64,000 bases of DNA from a virus (IMGVR_UViG_3300003691_000002:24691-88690); one strand, 5' to 3'; numbered from the stretch's first letter, positions 38,717-46,764 are shown. A program made the numbers and translations. Notes: a model not told the origin generated them from the letters alone.

Positions 38717-39352
38717 TTAATTTAAAATAATACCTATTGATAAGAATCCTGATGGATTTTCAAACATTTGCCATTTAGAATTATCACCATTTAATGCTTT
38801 TATATCATATCTGGCAGTGAAAGAGCCTGAAAATTCTAAATAAAATCTAGAATGAAATATTCTATCCCATCTAATTTTACCTATTATACTTGGATTAAAA
38901 GTAGTTAGTTCTGGATTAAACATAACCATTCCATCTCTTCCTACAAATTCACCTTGCACTCCAGTTAAAAAAGCAAGAGTAGAATCGTTATTGGGATCAG
39001 CAAAATATCCACTTCTAAGACTAAATGTAGCTATTTCTCTATTAATAGATATTCCTATAGAGGTATAATCTATTTGTTGAAATACGCTTAAAAATAAATG
39101 TCCTTCCCAATAATCTCTATTAATGCTAAATCCACCTTTCCATACAAATGCTTGAGTGTTTCTTCTAACACCTTCATCATTTTTTTTACCGCCTACAATA
39201 GCATTTTTAACGTCAAAACCATTTATAATAGAGATTCTATCTTCTCTATCAGGTTGCCAACCTATTTGTCCTGTACAAGTAGCTGTGTATATAATTAATA
39301 TTGCTGCAATAAACATTTGCAACGATATTCTTGAATAACTATAATCTTTCAT
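38717..39352 (-). CDS. Putative outer-membrane beta-barrel protein with signal peptide
   Basis: Hydrophobic leader ending ..TCTG-Q; alternating amphipathic strands; C-terminal GFLSIGIILN strand. Confidence 0.6.
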   Translation of the reverse strand: MKDYSYSRISLQMFIAAILIIYTATCTGQIGWQPDREDRISIINGFDVKNAIVGGKKNDEGVRRNTQAFVWKGGFSINRDYWEGHLFLSVFQQIDYTSIGISINREIATFSLRSGYFADPNNDSTLAFLTGVQGEFVGRDGMVMFNPELTTFNPSIIGKIRWDRIFHSRFYLEFSGSFTARYDIKALNGDNSKWQMFENPSGFLSIGIILN

Positions 39353-39365
39353 TGTTAAAGTTTTT

Positions 39366-39410
39366 AAAAAGACTAGTAAATAGAATTCCGCCTAAATTCC
39401 TCTACTAGTC
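39366..39410 (-). terminator. Terminator-like hairpin
   Basis: Minus strand GACTAGTAGAGGAATT...AATTCTATTTACTAGTC followed by TTTTT. Confidence 0.6.
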
Positions 39411-39492
39411 TACATATTGTCATATAATAAAATCCTCCTAATTGAGTCAACTATTTTTATTAGAAAACATAATCTTATTAATTAAAAGGAAT

Positions 39493-39523
39493 AAAAAAAG
39501 AGCCCAACAATTGTTGAGCCCTT
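39493..39523 (-). terminator. Intrinsic terminator downstream of the tRNA region
   Basis: Minus strand AAGGGCTCAAC-AATT-GTTGGGCTCTTTTTTT. Confidence 0.75.
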
Positions 39524-39566
39524 TCCATCTAAAAACTAATCATGACAACATGAAAAACAACTCTTT

Positions 39567-39782
39567 TCAGAGTGTGAGTTTAGTTCCTTTATTATTACAT
39601 AAAGTAATAAGCATGTTCTCCCTATTTACCTGGTTTGCAAATCTTCTTGCAAATGATAAATATCTAAATTTTTTCTTTTTCACAGAAAATGTATTATTTT
39701 CTTTATTTTTTATTTTAAATATTACTTGATAAGGAGATTTAATATTTTTGTTTTTTTTTCTTTTTTTTAAAGTTGCTTTCAT
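39567..39782 (-). CDS. Hypothetical basic protein
   Basis: 71 aa, Lys-rich. Confidence 0.5.
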   Translation of the reverse strand: MKATLKKRKKNKNIKSPYQVIFKIKNKENNTFSVKKKKFRYLSFARRFANQVNRENMLITLCNNKGTKLTL

Positions 39783-39801
39783 ATTATTTATTTTAGTTTA
39801 G

Positions 39802-39886
39802 TAGCTCAGAGAGGATTTGAACCTCCACGCTCTTTCAGAGCAAGGGATTTTAAGTCCCTCGTGTCTACCAATTCCACCACTGAGCC
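39802..39886 (-). tRNA. tRNA-Leu(TAA)
   Basis: GGCTCAG acceptor, GGAATTGGTAGAC D-arm, AGGGA-CTTAAAA-TCCCT anticodon arm, long variable arm, GGTTCAAATCC. No encoded CCA. Confidence 0.95.
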
Positions 39887-39906
39887 TTTAAATATTTATT
39901 TGTTTG

Positions 39907-39980
39907 TAAGCCTAGTAGGACTCGAACCTACAACCACCAGCTTAGAAGGCTGGTGCTCTATCCAATTGAGCTATAGGCTT
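39907..39980 (-). tRNA. tRNA-Arg(TCT)
   Basis: AAGCCTA acceptor, GCTCAATTGGATAGAGC, CCAGC-CTTCTAA-GCTGG, GGTTCGAGTCC. No encoded CCA. Confidence 0.95.
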
Positions 39981-40035
39981 TTTTAATTTATTTTTTAAAG
40001 AATTGTTAAAGTTATGCGTATACTATTTCTATCTC

Positions 40036-40239
40036 TCAGGGTTTAGAATTTAATAGTTTTCTGTATCGTTGATAAAAGACAACTTCTTTTATGTCTTTTT
40101 TGTAGCGAACAACTCTGACGTACGGATTAGTTAACCACAACCAAAATCTAAACTTGGTTATGGCTTTTGGAAATTTAACAGCATCTCCTTTTCTTTCTCC
40201 ATAGAAAACTTCTGAGGGTGTGATAAGTTTGTACATCAT
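40036..40239 (-). CDS. Hypothetical protein
   Basis: 67 aa, flanked on both sides by the TAAACCYTGAGA repeat. Confidence 0.6.
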   Translation of the reverse strand: MMYKLITPSEVFYGERKGDAVKFPKAITKFRFWLWLTNPYVRVVRYKKDIKEVVFYQRYRKLLNSKP

Positions 40240-40313
40240 CTCTCAAGGTTTAGAATTAGTGCCAATCTATTTTACAATTACATTTTCCCTCAATTTTTTT
40301 AAATTTTCTTCAC

Positions 40314-40622
40314 TCACCTCGTTATGCTTTTGTATTTTTCAACAACCAAAACAAACATTTTATCAACTATAACAGATTGCCCGTAAATATGACTCCCTTC
40401 TATTGAGTGTTTTTGGTTGCCCTGCCTTTCAAAGCACCTCATCATTTCAAGAGCCTCCAATTCGGCTAATTTTCGATTACTGTTTATCTCATTAGCTTTT
40501 TTTATAGTAAAAAAATATCTATCTCTTTCCATTTGTTTTTTTGCATATATTTTTATTGATTTATATCTTCCCGTACTAAGTTTAAAAACAGCCCACTTAT
40601 CGCCTATTTGTACTGCTGTCAT
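40314..40622 (-). CDS. Hypothetical protein
   Basis: 102-aa ORF whose ATG is part of the boundary repeat. Confidence 0.6.
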   Translation of the reverse strand: MTAVQIGDKWAVFKLSTGRYKSIKIYAKKQMERDRYFFTIKKANEINSNRKLAELEALEMMRCFERQGNQKHSIEGSHIYGQSVIVDKMFVLVVEKYKSITR

Positions 40623-40734
40623 TTCTCAGGGTTTATGGTTATTACGAGTTGTGTGTAATGCTACGTTACCACCATGCATAACATTGTATATAGTTAATGC
40701 GCCGATGAAGGTCGGTGCTTAATTAAATAGGTTG

Positions 40735-40877
40735 TAATTAATTGGCGTTAGACAGGTGGCTCGTTTTGTCTAAGTTCTTGTACCATCCACCTATAAATCT
40801 GCAAAGGCGGCTCGTTTTATGCAGAAGGCTGTACCCTACCAAACGGATTATTTTTCAAACCCACGCCAATATAATTA
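40735..40877 (-). ncRNA. Candidate structured ncRNA: closing stem plus two tandem pseudoknot-like units
   Basis: ATTGGCGT/ACGCCAAT closing stem; two units share loop GG(T/C)GGCTCGTTT and TGTACC but have different stems that both pair. Confidence 0.5.
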
Positions 40878-40901
40878 AGTAATCTTTAACTGTTTTGCCA
40901 T

Positions 40902-41210
40902 TTATTTTTTTATAAATGTACCTTTGTGATAAGTATAAAAGGTTGTTTGATCTACTGTATCACCATTTATTAGTTTTTTAGTGGTGATATGATGTGATTT
41001 AGGTTTTTTATCCATCCAGATACTTTTAATGTAAGCAAATTTACCATAATTGTTAGTATAGGTTACTACCAATACTTCATCAGTTATTTCATGATATTTA
41101 TCTTCATCAAAAACACTGTGTATTTCACCATTGTCAAGAAGAACTTCTTTTCTACTGCTACATGATACAATAAAAAAAGTTAATACGAGTAATAATAAGA
41201 ATTTTTTCAT
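40902..41210 (-). CDS. Lipoprotein
   Basis: MKK + hydrophobic stretch + lipobox IVS-C. Confidence 0.75.
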   Translation of the reverse strand: MKKFLLLLVLTFFIVSCSSRKEVLLDNGEIHSVFDEDKYHEITDEVLVVTYTNNYGKFAYIKSIWMDKKPKSHHITTKKLINGDTVDQTTFYTYHKGTFIKK

Positions 41211-41234
41211 AGTTGTATTGTTTAGTTTTAATTA

Positions 41235-41480
41235 TTAAAGTCTTAATTTTGATCTTAATTTAAGATTATAAATTTTATTATTTTTAATAATAAGATTTAA
41301 ATCTCTTAATATAGGTTTTCTACAACGATTAAATATATTTACATCAAAATTTTCATCTGAACATTTAAATATATAACCACTTGAAGTATTTTCTGGTTTA
41401 AACCAAATTACATTTTTAGTAAGTTGTGTGGCATAAGCTGAAAGTTTAGCTGCTTTTACAGCTGATGAGGTTGAAATCAT
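41235..41480 (-). CDS. Hypothetical protein
   Basis: 81-aa ORF. Confidence 0.55.
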   Translation of the reverse strand: MISTSSAVKAAKLSAYATQLTKNVIWFKPENTSSGYIFKCSDENFDVNIFNRCRKPILRDLNLIIKNNKIYNLKLRSKLRL

Positions 41481-41521
41481 AATTAGTAGTTTTTAAAATT
41501 ATAAAGTTTTATAAAAATTAA

Positions 41522-41576
41522 CCCAAAGTTGTCAATATTAAATAAACCTTACAACATTTAATTTGACAACTCTGGG
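41522..41576. other. Long intergenic inverted repeat
   Basis: CCCAAAGTTGTCAA ... TTGACAACTCTGGG with a loop of about 27 nt. Confidence 0.55.
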
Positions 41577-41592
41577 ATTAATTTATTATTTT

Positions 41593-41961
41593 TCATTGTG
41601 GAGTAGCAACAAACTTTGCTACAAGGTCTTGGTAGTCATTCGACTCCTCCTGGGTCATTCCCTTGAGACTGACCTGCTCTGGGTTGTTCAACATAGACTC
41701 ATAGTCTAGTATAACCTCGTTATTTGTCAGTGGCTTATTGTCCACTAGAGATCTCATCCATGCCTTGTGCATGTTGAAGGATACCACGTTAAGGACATAG
41801 ACCTTTGTTATCCATTCTCTGGATAGGTGGTATTCTTGTGGGTTATTGAAGTATCCTAACACAAATTCAAGGCTCTTGCCTTGACGGATGAACTCTTCTA
41901 TTTGTTTTTCTTCTGACATCTTGCTCGATTTAATGTGGTTAAGTGTGGTTGCCAGATTCAC
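41593..41961 (-). CDS. Hypothetical early protein
   Basis: 122-aa ORF (start may be the internal MSEEK); visibly higher GC than its flanks. Confidence 0.65.
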   Translation of the reverse strand: MNLATTLNHIKSSKMSEEKQIEEFIRQGKSLEFVLGYFNNPQEYHLSREWITKVYVLNVVSFNMHKAWMRSLVDNKPLTNNEVILDYESMLNNPEQVSLKGMTQEESNDYQDLVAKFVATPQ

Positions 41962-42031
41962 TCAGCTCTGGTCTGGGCATTATCCTCTTGGTTATAGTAC
42001 AAGAGTAACTAGGGATCGGGAGTGAGTGCTA

Positions 42032-42256
42032 CTATTGTTCACACTCTATGTACTCCCTTAGCTCTTTTTTGAGCCTACTGCACCGCATAGTACTTGCTCC
42101 CTTGTTGTGGAAGAACAAAACTGTCGGTGGTAGCTCATCGAGGATTGCTCGGGCTTGTCCCACTGTACGGATATCGTAGTAGTCAGCCCATGATTTGAAG
42201 CGGACTGAAAAACGATACTTGTCAATACGGTGGGCATTAATTCGTTTGGTTGCCAT
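42032..42256 (-). CDS. Hypothetical early protein
   Basis: 74 aa, GC-richer. Confidence 0.65.
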   Translation of the reverse strand: MATKRINAHRIDKYRFSVRFKSWADYYDIRTVGQARAILDELPPTVLFFHNKGASTMRCSRLKKELREYIECEQ

Positions 42257-42341
42257 AATATTGATTAGTTAGTTATTTAATTATTGATTAAATAATAACC
42301 TCACCTTCATCAGTTGCCTGAATCCAGTGAGGTTTAAATTG

Positions 42342-42500
42342 TTATTTAATTGGCTCTGTAAAGAATTGTATTCCAGTTTTATAATTATGAGAAAACTTTG
42401 TAGCTAATGCTTCTTGCATAATTTTTGCCATTCCTTCATTTTGAAATGCTCCCCATTCTCCTCCTTTATTATCTTTCACTATGTGTGTGTATTCAAACAT
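42342..42500 (-). CDS. Small hypothetical protein (52 aa, not in ORF track)
   Basis: MFEYTHIVKDNKGGEWGAFQNEGMAKIMQEALATKF... Confidence 0.55.
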   Translation of the reverse strand: MFEYTHIVKDNKGGEWGAFQNEGMAKIMQEALATKFSHNYKTGIQFFTEPIK

Positions 42501-42889
42501 GACACTATATTTATATTGTTAAACCTGACATAATGTTTATGCGTTATGTTTCGTCTTAATTTTCAAAGACTCATCAGAGGTTCTTAATAGCTGTAAAAGC
42601 TATAAAATATTGTGAGATGTAAAAATACACAATTTAAAAAGAGAGGAAAAGGTGTGAAGAGGTATAGTACAACATATTAAGCGATGAACTAAGTCATACT
42701 ATAAATGGTAAATCCAAACTACACACCTATTATCCTCTCTCAGGCTTTTAGAAGCCTTCTAAGAAACTTTAACAATGGATCTGTACCAACATACCACTGC
42801 TACTCTAAAAGTCTCTTAAACGGGCTTATTTAAAGCCAAACAAACAAAACACCGAGTAAACTGAATCCTCGATATGCTTTTTAACCACG

Positions 42890-42912
42890 AAAAAGGGGAT
42901 TTAATCCCCTTT
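42890..42912 (-). terminator. Intrinsic terminator
   Basis: AAAGGGGATT-T-AATCCCCTTT inverted repeat with an A-tract, right after the stop at 42915. Confidence 0.75.
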
Positions 42913-42914
42913 CA

Positions 42915-43340
42915 TTAGGTGGCTTCTCCCGCCAGCTCTGCTGCGGAGACCACCAACTTGTCAATGTCTTCTTGGGACAAGGTCCCAAAGACATCAGCAC
43001 TAGTCAGTGCAACTGACTGTGGTGAATACAAAGACACGTAGAATTCTTCTTCGTTGTCTTCTTTAGGTGAGAGCAACAACTGACAAGTTTTGTCCTCACT
43101 TTTGCCAGTTAACTTGTCAAAGTTCTGGTCAAATTGCCATTTCCACAACATACCTGTTGTTGGAATGTCTTGCCCAGAAGCATTCTTGAATGTGAACTGG
43201 GTGGTAGCGAACTGGGTTTTACCCTTGTTCTTACCTGTTCTAGTGGTTAAAAATTTCGGCTCGTCCGGAAGTTTTCCACTAATCACTGCGTCTGCTAAGT
43301 AAGCAGGTTTGTGATCCCATGTTAATGTTGGAGTCAACAT
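42915..43340 (-). CDS. First gene of the leftward early block; hypothetical (possibly OB-fold/SSB-like)
   Basis: 141 aa, beta-rich, acidic tail, has its own terminator. Confidence 0.7.
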   Translation of the reverse strand: MLTPTLTWDHKPAYLADAVISGKLPDEPKFLTTRTGKNKGKTQFATTQFTFKNASGQDIPTTGMLWKWQFDQNFDKLTGKSEDKTCQLLLSPKEDNEEEFYVSLYSPQSVALTSADVFGTLSQEDIDKLVVSAAELAGEAT

Positions 43341-43497
43341 AATTTTGTTTTTTAAGGATTAAATAAACATTTGTTTTTGTGTGGGGTACTCCCACAAAAC
43401 TGAAAAAGAGTGGGGGTTGATATTGGATAATAACCCACACCCATCCATATTAATTTTTTTTTCCAAAAAATTTTTTTTAAAAAATTTATTTTTTTTC

Positions 43498-43528
43498 TTG
43501 TATATGTCAATTTTTTTTTGTATATTTG
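43498..43528 (+). promoter_or_regulatory. Bacteroidota sigma-A type promoter (-33 TTG / -7 TAnnTTTG)
   Basis: TTG-N20-TATATTTG, upstream of 43548. Confidence 0.8.
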
Positions 43529-43547
43529 CAGCATATAAAAACACATT

Positions 43548-43844
43548 ATGAAACTAGATACAATTTTTTTACAATTTGTGCCAAATAAAATACTAAAAAA
43601 GTATTCCCAAACATGGGCTGAAAAACCAAAAGCCACCTTAGCAGAATTTGCAGAGGCTTGTTCTAATTCTAAACATACTAATTTTTACACAGATTGGCAA
43701 GACATTAAAGAACATTATCAAGGTTATCTAAGAGGAGAAGTAAATCTAAGGTACCCAGAAGGTATATTACACCCTGATAGAGTTCTTTTAAAAATAATGA
43801 GAGAAGCAAACAAACAAATTAACCTTGATAATCATGAGTTTTAA
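43548..43844 (+). CDS. Hypothetical protein
   Basis: 98 aa, first rightward gene. Confidence 0.7.
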   Translation: MKLDTIFLQFVPNKILKKYSQTWAEKPKATLAEFAEACSNSKHTNFYTDWQDIKEHYQGYLRGEVNLRYPEGILHPDRVLLKIMREANKQINLDNHEF

Positions 43845-43858
43845 AATTAAAAATAAAT

Positions 43859-44176
43859 ATGGTAACAGCAGTAGTGAGTAAATTTACAAATTTACCAGAA
43901 TTAGAAGAATTTTTAACAAGTATAACAGAAGGAGAACTAGTAGATAGAACTGTTCTTTTAGAGTTTACAACAGACAGAGAAGCATACTACTTTTATAAAG
44001 AAGTTGTTAAATTTGATTCCCCTTGGCAAAAATATTATAAACAAAAAGATAATAGTGAAGTAGTAACAATAGATTATTTAATTGCCCCAAACAACATAAA
44101 AGTCTACCCAAAGATTCTTGAAGCAGCAGAAGAAAAAAATAAAGATGGTTTTATGTTTGGTCAGGCCGAGGCTTAA
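43859..44176 (+). CDS. Hypothetical protein
   Basis: 105-aa ORF. Confidence 0.7.
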   Translation: MVTAVVSKFTNLPELEEFLTSITEGELVDRTVLLEFTTDREAYYFYKEVVKFDSPWQKYYKQKDNSEVVTIDYLIAPNNIKVYPKILEAAEEKNKDGFMFGQAEA

Positions 44177-44202
44177 AACAAATTAAAAAAAATTAAAAAA
44201 AC

Positions 44203-44233
44203 TTGCATATGTCAAAAAATTTTTGTATATTTG
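44203..44233 (+). promoter_or_regulatory. Bacteroidota sigma-A type promoter
   Basis: TTG-N20-TATATTTG; near-duplicate of 43498-43528 (TTGYATATGTCAA...TTTTGTATATTTGCA). Confidence 0.8.
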
Positions 44234-44330
44234 CATCAACAAAGAAAAGTAGCAAAAGAAATAAAAAGTAATTATTATATATATTATATATATTATATAT
44301 TAAAAAATTATTATATAGCTTTTATCAAAA

Positions 44331-44570
44331 ATGGAAGAATTAAACGAGATAATTGAGTTTGCAATAGCCCAAAGAGAAGCAGGTTATTCTTTACTTGAAA
44401 CTCAAAATAACATGGAGGAGCATTTTAAGCTTATTTTAGAAGGAAAAATCCCTGATATATATCTAGGCATTCAAATCTCCCAAAACGATCAGAAACTTTA
44501 TCTAACAATCTATGATAAAGGATTATTAACCTTAGTAAAAACAACGATAATATTCGATGTCGAGTTATAA
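44331..44570 (+). CDS. Hypothetical protein
   Basis: 79-aa ORF. Confidence 0.65.
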   Translation: MEELNEIIEFAIAQREAGYSLLETQNNMEEHFKLILEGKIPDIYLGIQISQNDQKLYLTIYDKGLLTLVKTTIIFDVEL

Positions 44571-44721
44571 GATTTATAAAATAGTAAACAAAAATGGAGT
44601 TAATCCAGGACTTCCTGGATACTATGACAGAGCTACTGCAGAAGAAATAGCAGAGCAGCACAATAAAAAATATCCAAACGACAAATACACAGTAGTAGAA
44701 CAAATAACACATAACATTTAA
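44557..44721 (+). CDS. Small hypothetical protein (54 aa, not in ORF track)
   Basis: MSSYKIYKIVNKNGVNPGLPGYYDRATAEEIAEQHNKKYPNDKYTVVEQITHNI fills the gap between neighbours. Confidence 0.6.
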   Translation: MSSYKIYKIVNKNGVNPGLPGYYDRATAEEIAEQHNKKYPNDKYTVVEQITHNI

Positions 44722-44724
44722 AAT

Positions 44725-45231
44725 ATGACTCAATACATAGCATTAGCAATTTTCTTTTTAGCTCTTTTAACTGTAGGATTTTTACAATTAAAAGGTAAGA
44801 AAAATAAACAGCCTAAACCACAAAGACCTTCTTACAAACCTGTAAGCACTTTAAAAGGAACTAAATTAGAAAATGATATATTTAATTTAATTAACGAGCA
44901 AAGAGAACTAAGAGGTATTGCTCCCTTAGTAAAAGATGACAATGCTGTAAGATACGCAAAAACAAGATTAAATGATTTTCCAACAAAGGTAGGTCAAGTT
45001 AACCATGATGGCTTTAATCCTACCCCTTTAAAAGCAAAAGGATACATAAGAGTGGGAGAAAATGTAGCTCATGGTTACAAAGATGCAGAGAGAGTGGTCT
45101 TTGCTTGGATGAATTCTAAAGAGCATAGGGCTACAATTCTTAACCCAAGTATGAATATTCTAGGAGTTAAAGTCAAACTAGATAAAAAAAATAAAAAGAA
45201 ATCATTCTTTGTAACAATATTTGGAGCATGA
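44725..45231 (+). CDS. Membrane-anchored CAP/SCP domain protein
   Basis: N-terminal TM; LIN..R...G..PL, NHDG, GENVA.G, WMNS..HR..IL. Confidence 0.9.
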   Translation: MTQYIALAIFFLALLTVGFLQLKGKKNKQPKPQRPSYKPVSTLKGTKLENDIFNLINEQRELRGIAPLVKDDNAVRYAKTRLNDFPTKVGQVNHDGFNPTPLKAKGYIRVGENVAHGYKDAERVVFAWMNSKEHRATILNPSMNILGVKVKLDKKNKKKSFFVTIFGA

Positions 45232-45368
45232 AAAACAGATTAGGACTTACTACTCACGAGAGAATAGCCATGTTAGAAGATGATATTGATAGACTAAATA
45301 AAAGAATTAATAACTTAGTATCAGCACTAACTACAAAAGCTCCAAAACAACCTAAAAAATATAAATAA
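45228..45368 (+). CDS. Small coiled-coil protein (46 aa, not in ORF track)
   Basis: MKNRLGLTTHERIAMLEDDIDRLNKRINNLVSAL...; ATGA and TAATG coupling on both sides. Confidence 0.55.
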   Translation: MKNRLGLTTHERIAMLEDDIDRLNKRINNLVSALTTKAPKQPKKYK

Positions 45369-45559
45369 TGTCAAAGATAAAAACACATCCAGTAGAGTTT
45401 TATAAAACCTTTTGGAAAAAAGAATGGAGATGGAGAATTAAAGCTAGTAATGGAAAAATTATAGCTAGTTCATCAGAAGGATATAAAAACAAACAAGATT
45501 GTATATACAATGCACATAGTACAGCAAAAAGCATCGTCGAATTCTTCAAACAGGTTTAG
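45368..45559 (+). CDS. YegP/DUF1508 family protein
   Basis: EWRWRIKASNGKIIASSSEGYKNKQDC. Confidence 0.85.
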   Translation: MSKIKTHPVEFYKTFWKKEWRWRIKASNGKIIASSSEGYKNKQDCIYNAHSTAKSIVEFFKQV

Positions 45560-46106
45560 TTTTTTTACACTAGCCTTTTCAGTAACACTCTTTGCAATCC
45601 TTGGTTTGTTTAACTGTTCTAAAGCAGTCTATGATAGAATTAATCCTATCTCTATATCTGAGCAAAACGAGTATAGAAGTAATATAATCCTAAGAGATGG
45701 CACTTCTATAGAAACAGATAAAATATTACAGCCACATGTAGAAGAGTTCTTTAGAGAAGCTTATAGATATAATTATCCAGTAGATAGTCTTTTTGCAAAC
45801 TTTGAAGGTATCTATGTAGATGATTTAGGTAAAATGGCAGGAGTTACTATTCCTTACAAAGGAAGTAAGTTTTGTATTATAGATAGAAAAAACGTAATTA
45901 GTTATAATCGTACCCGAGTAGTAGTATTTCATGAATTAGCGCATGTTTTATTTGGTGGAAATACAGATCATTGTCATACCAATTGTGATCATATTTTTTC
46001 AGCAACTATGAGCACTAACTTTTATGGTTCAAATTGGGAAGCCCAAAAAGCAACATTATTTTTAAATATTCCGCATTATGGAGAATCAAAAGGAGAACAT
46101 CCGTAA
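45510..46106 (+). CDS. Secreted or membrane-anchored zinc metallopeptidase (zincin)
   Basis: Hydrophobic leader; VVFHELAH...DH motif. Confidence 0.7.
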   Translation: MHIVQQKASSNSSNRFSFFTLAFSVTLFAILGLFNCSKAVYDRINPISISEQNEYRSNIILRDGTSIETDKILQPHVEEFFREAYRYNYPVDSLFANFEGIYVDDLGKMAGVTIPYKGSKFCIIDRKNVISYNRTRVVVFHELAHVLFGGNTDHCHTNCDHIFSATMSTNFYGSNWEAQKATLFLNIPHYGESKGEHP

Positions 46107-46196
46107 AAAAAGATTAAAGAAAAAAAGAAACGTAAAAAAACAAAAGTTTACAAATAATAAATTAAACCAAAGAGATTATATATTTTTTGACGAACA

Positions 46197-46475
46197 ATGG
46201 AATATACCAGATTAGAAATATTTAATAAATATCTTGAAATAAAAAAAGATATAATTGACAACTTAAATGAAGTATATAATCGACAAAACTATTATTCAAA
46301 AAAATATAGAGGAAATATTTCTACCGATATTAACGTAGCAATTTCAGAAGAAGGGGATTATAAAAAAATTCAAATCTTTGTAAGAGCAAAAGGTATTTAC
46401 ATAAAAGAAATAATTCTCTATAATTTAAGTGGGTATTATAAGTCTACTATAAAATCAAATTTAATAAATGGGTAG
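46197..46475 (+). CDS. Hypothetical protein
   Basis: 92-aa ORF. Confidence 0.6.
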   Translation: MEYTRLEIFNKYLEIKKDIIDNLNEVYNRQNYYSKKYRGNISTDINVAISEEGDYKKIQIFVRAKGIYIKEIILYNLSGYYKSTIKSNLING

Positions 46476-46764
46476 TTTTTTAAAACGGCAAAAAAGAATA
46501 GCAGAAAAAGAAAAAATAAATGCTTCTGCAAGAAAAATAAAAAAAATAAAACGTATTTTAAACAGGCTTGATGACGTAGCCAGAGGCATAGTAAAAGATG
46601 GGGTACCTCTTACTAAAGCAAATGTCGAAGTTTATGGGGCTTACTATATGGGTAGAGGATTAGATGAGATGGAACAAAACATAGTGCTTAGTAAAGTCAC
46701 TCAAGTATATGAAAAATTAGGAATTAAACCCAAAGAAAAAAGTGAAGAAAATAACAATACATAA
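46468..46764 (+). CDS. Hypothetical protein
   Basis: 98-aa ORF. Confidence 0.6.
   Translation: MGSFLKRQKRIAEKEKINASARKIKKIKRILNRLDDVARGIVKDGVPLTKANVEVYGAYYMGRGLDEMEQNIVLSKVTQVYEKLGIKPKEKSEENNNT

Larger units (their letters stand above)
40033..40636 (-). repeat. Three dispersed copies of TAAACC(C/T)TGAGA(G/A)AT at gene boundaries
   Basis: Plus strand atctctcagggtttagaatt (about 40031-40050), atctctcaaggtttagaatt (about 40238-40257), atttctcagggttta (40621-40635). Confidence 0.7.

Noticed and set aside
40031-40636. CRISPR mini-array
   Set aside because: Only three short copies with irregular 200-380 nt spacing that contains ORFs; no cas genes.
40741-40840. HDV-like (theta) ribozyme near the tRNAs
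   Set aside because: The plus-strand topology is superficially similar, but there is no P3 helix, P1.1 or typical J4/2 catalytic segment, and it is not adjacent to a tRNA 3' end.
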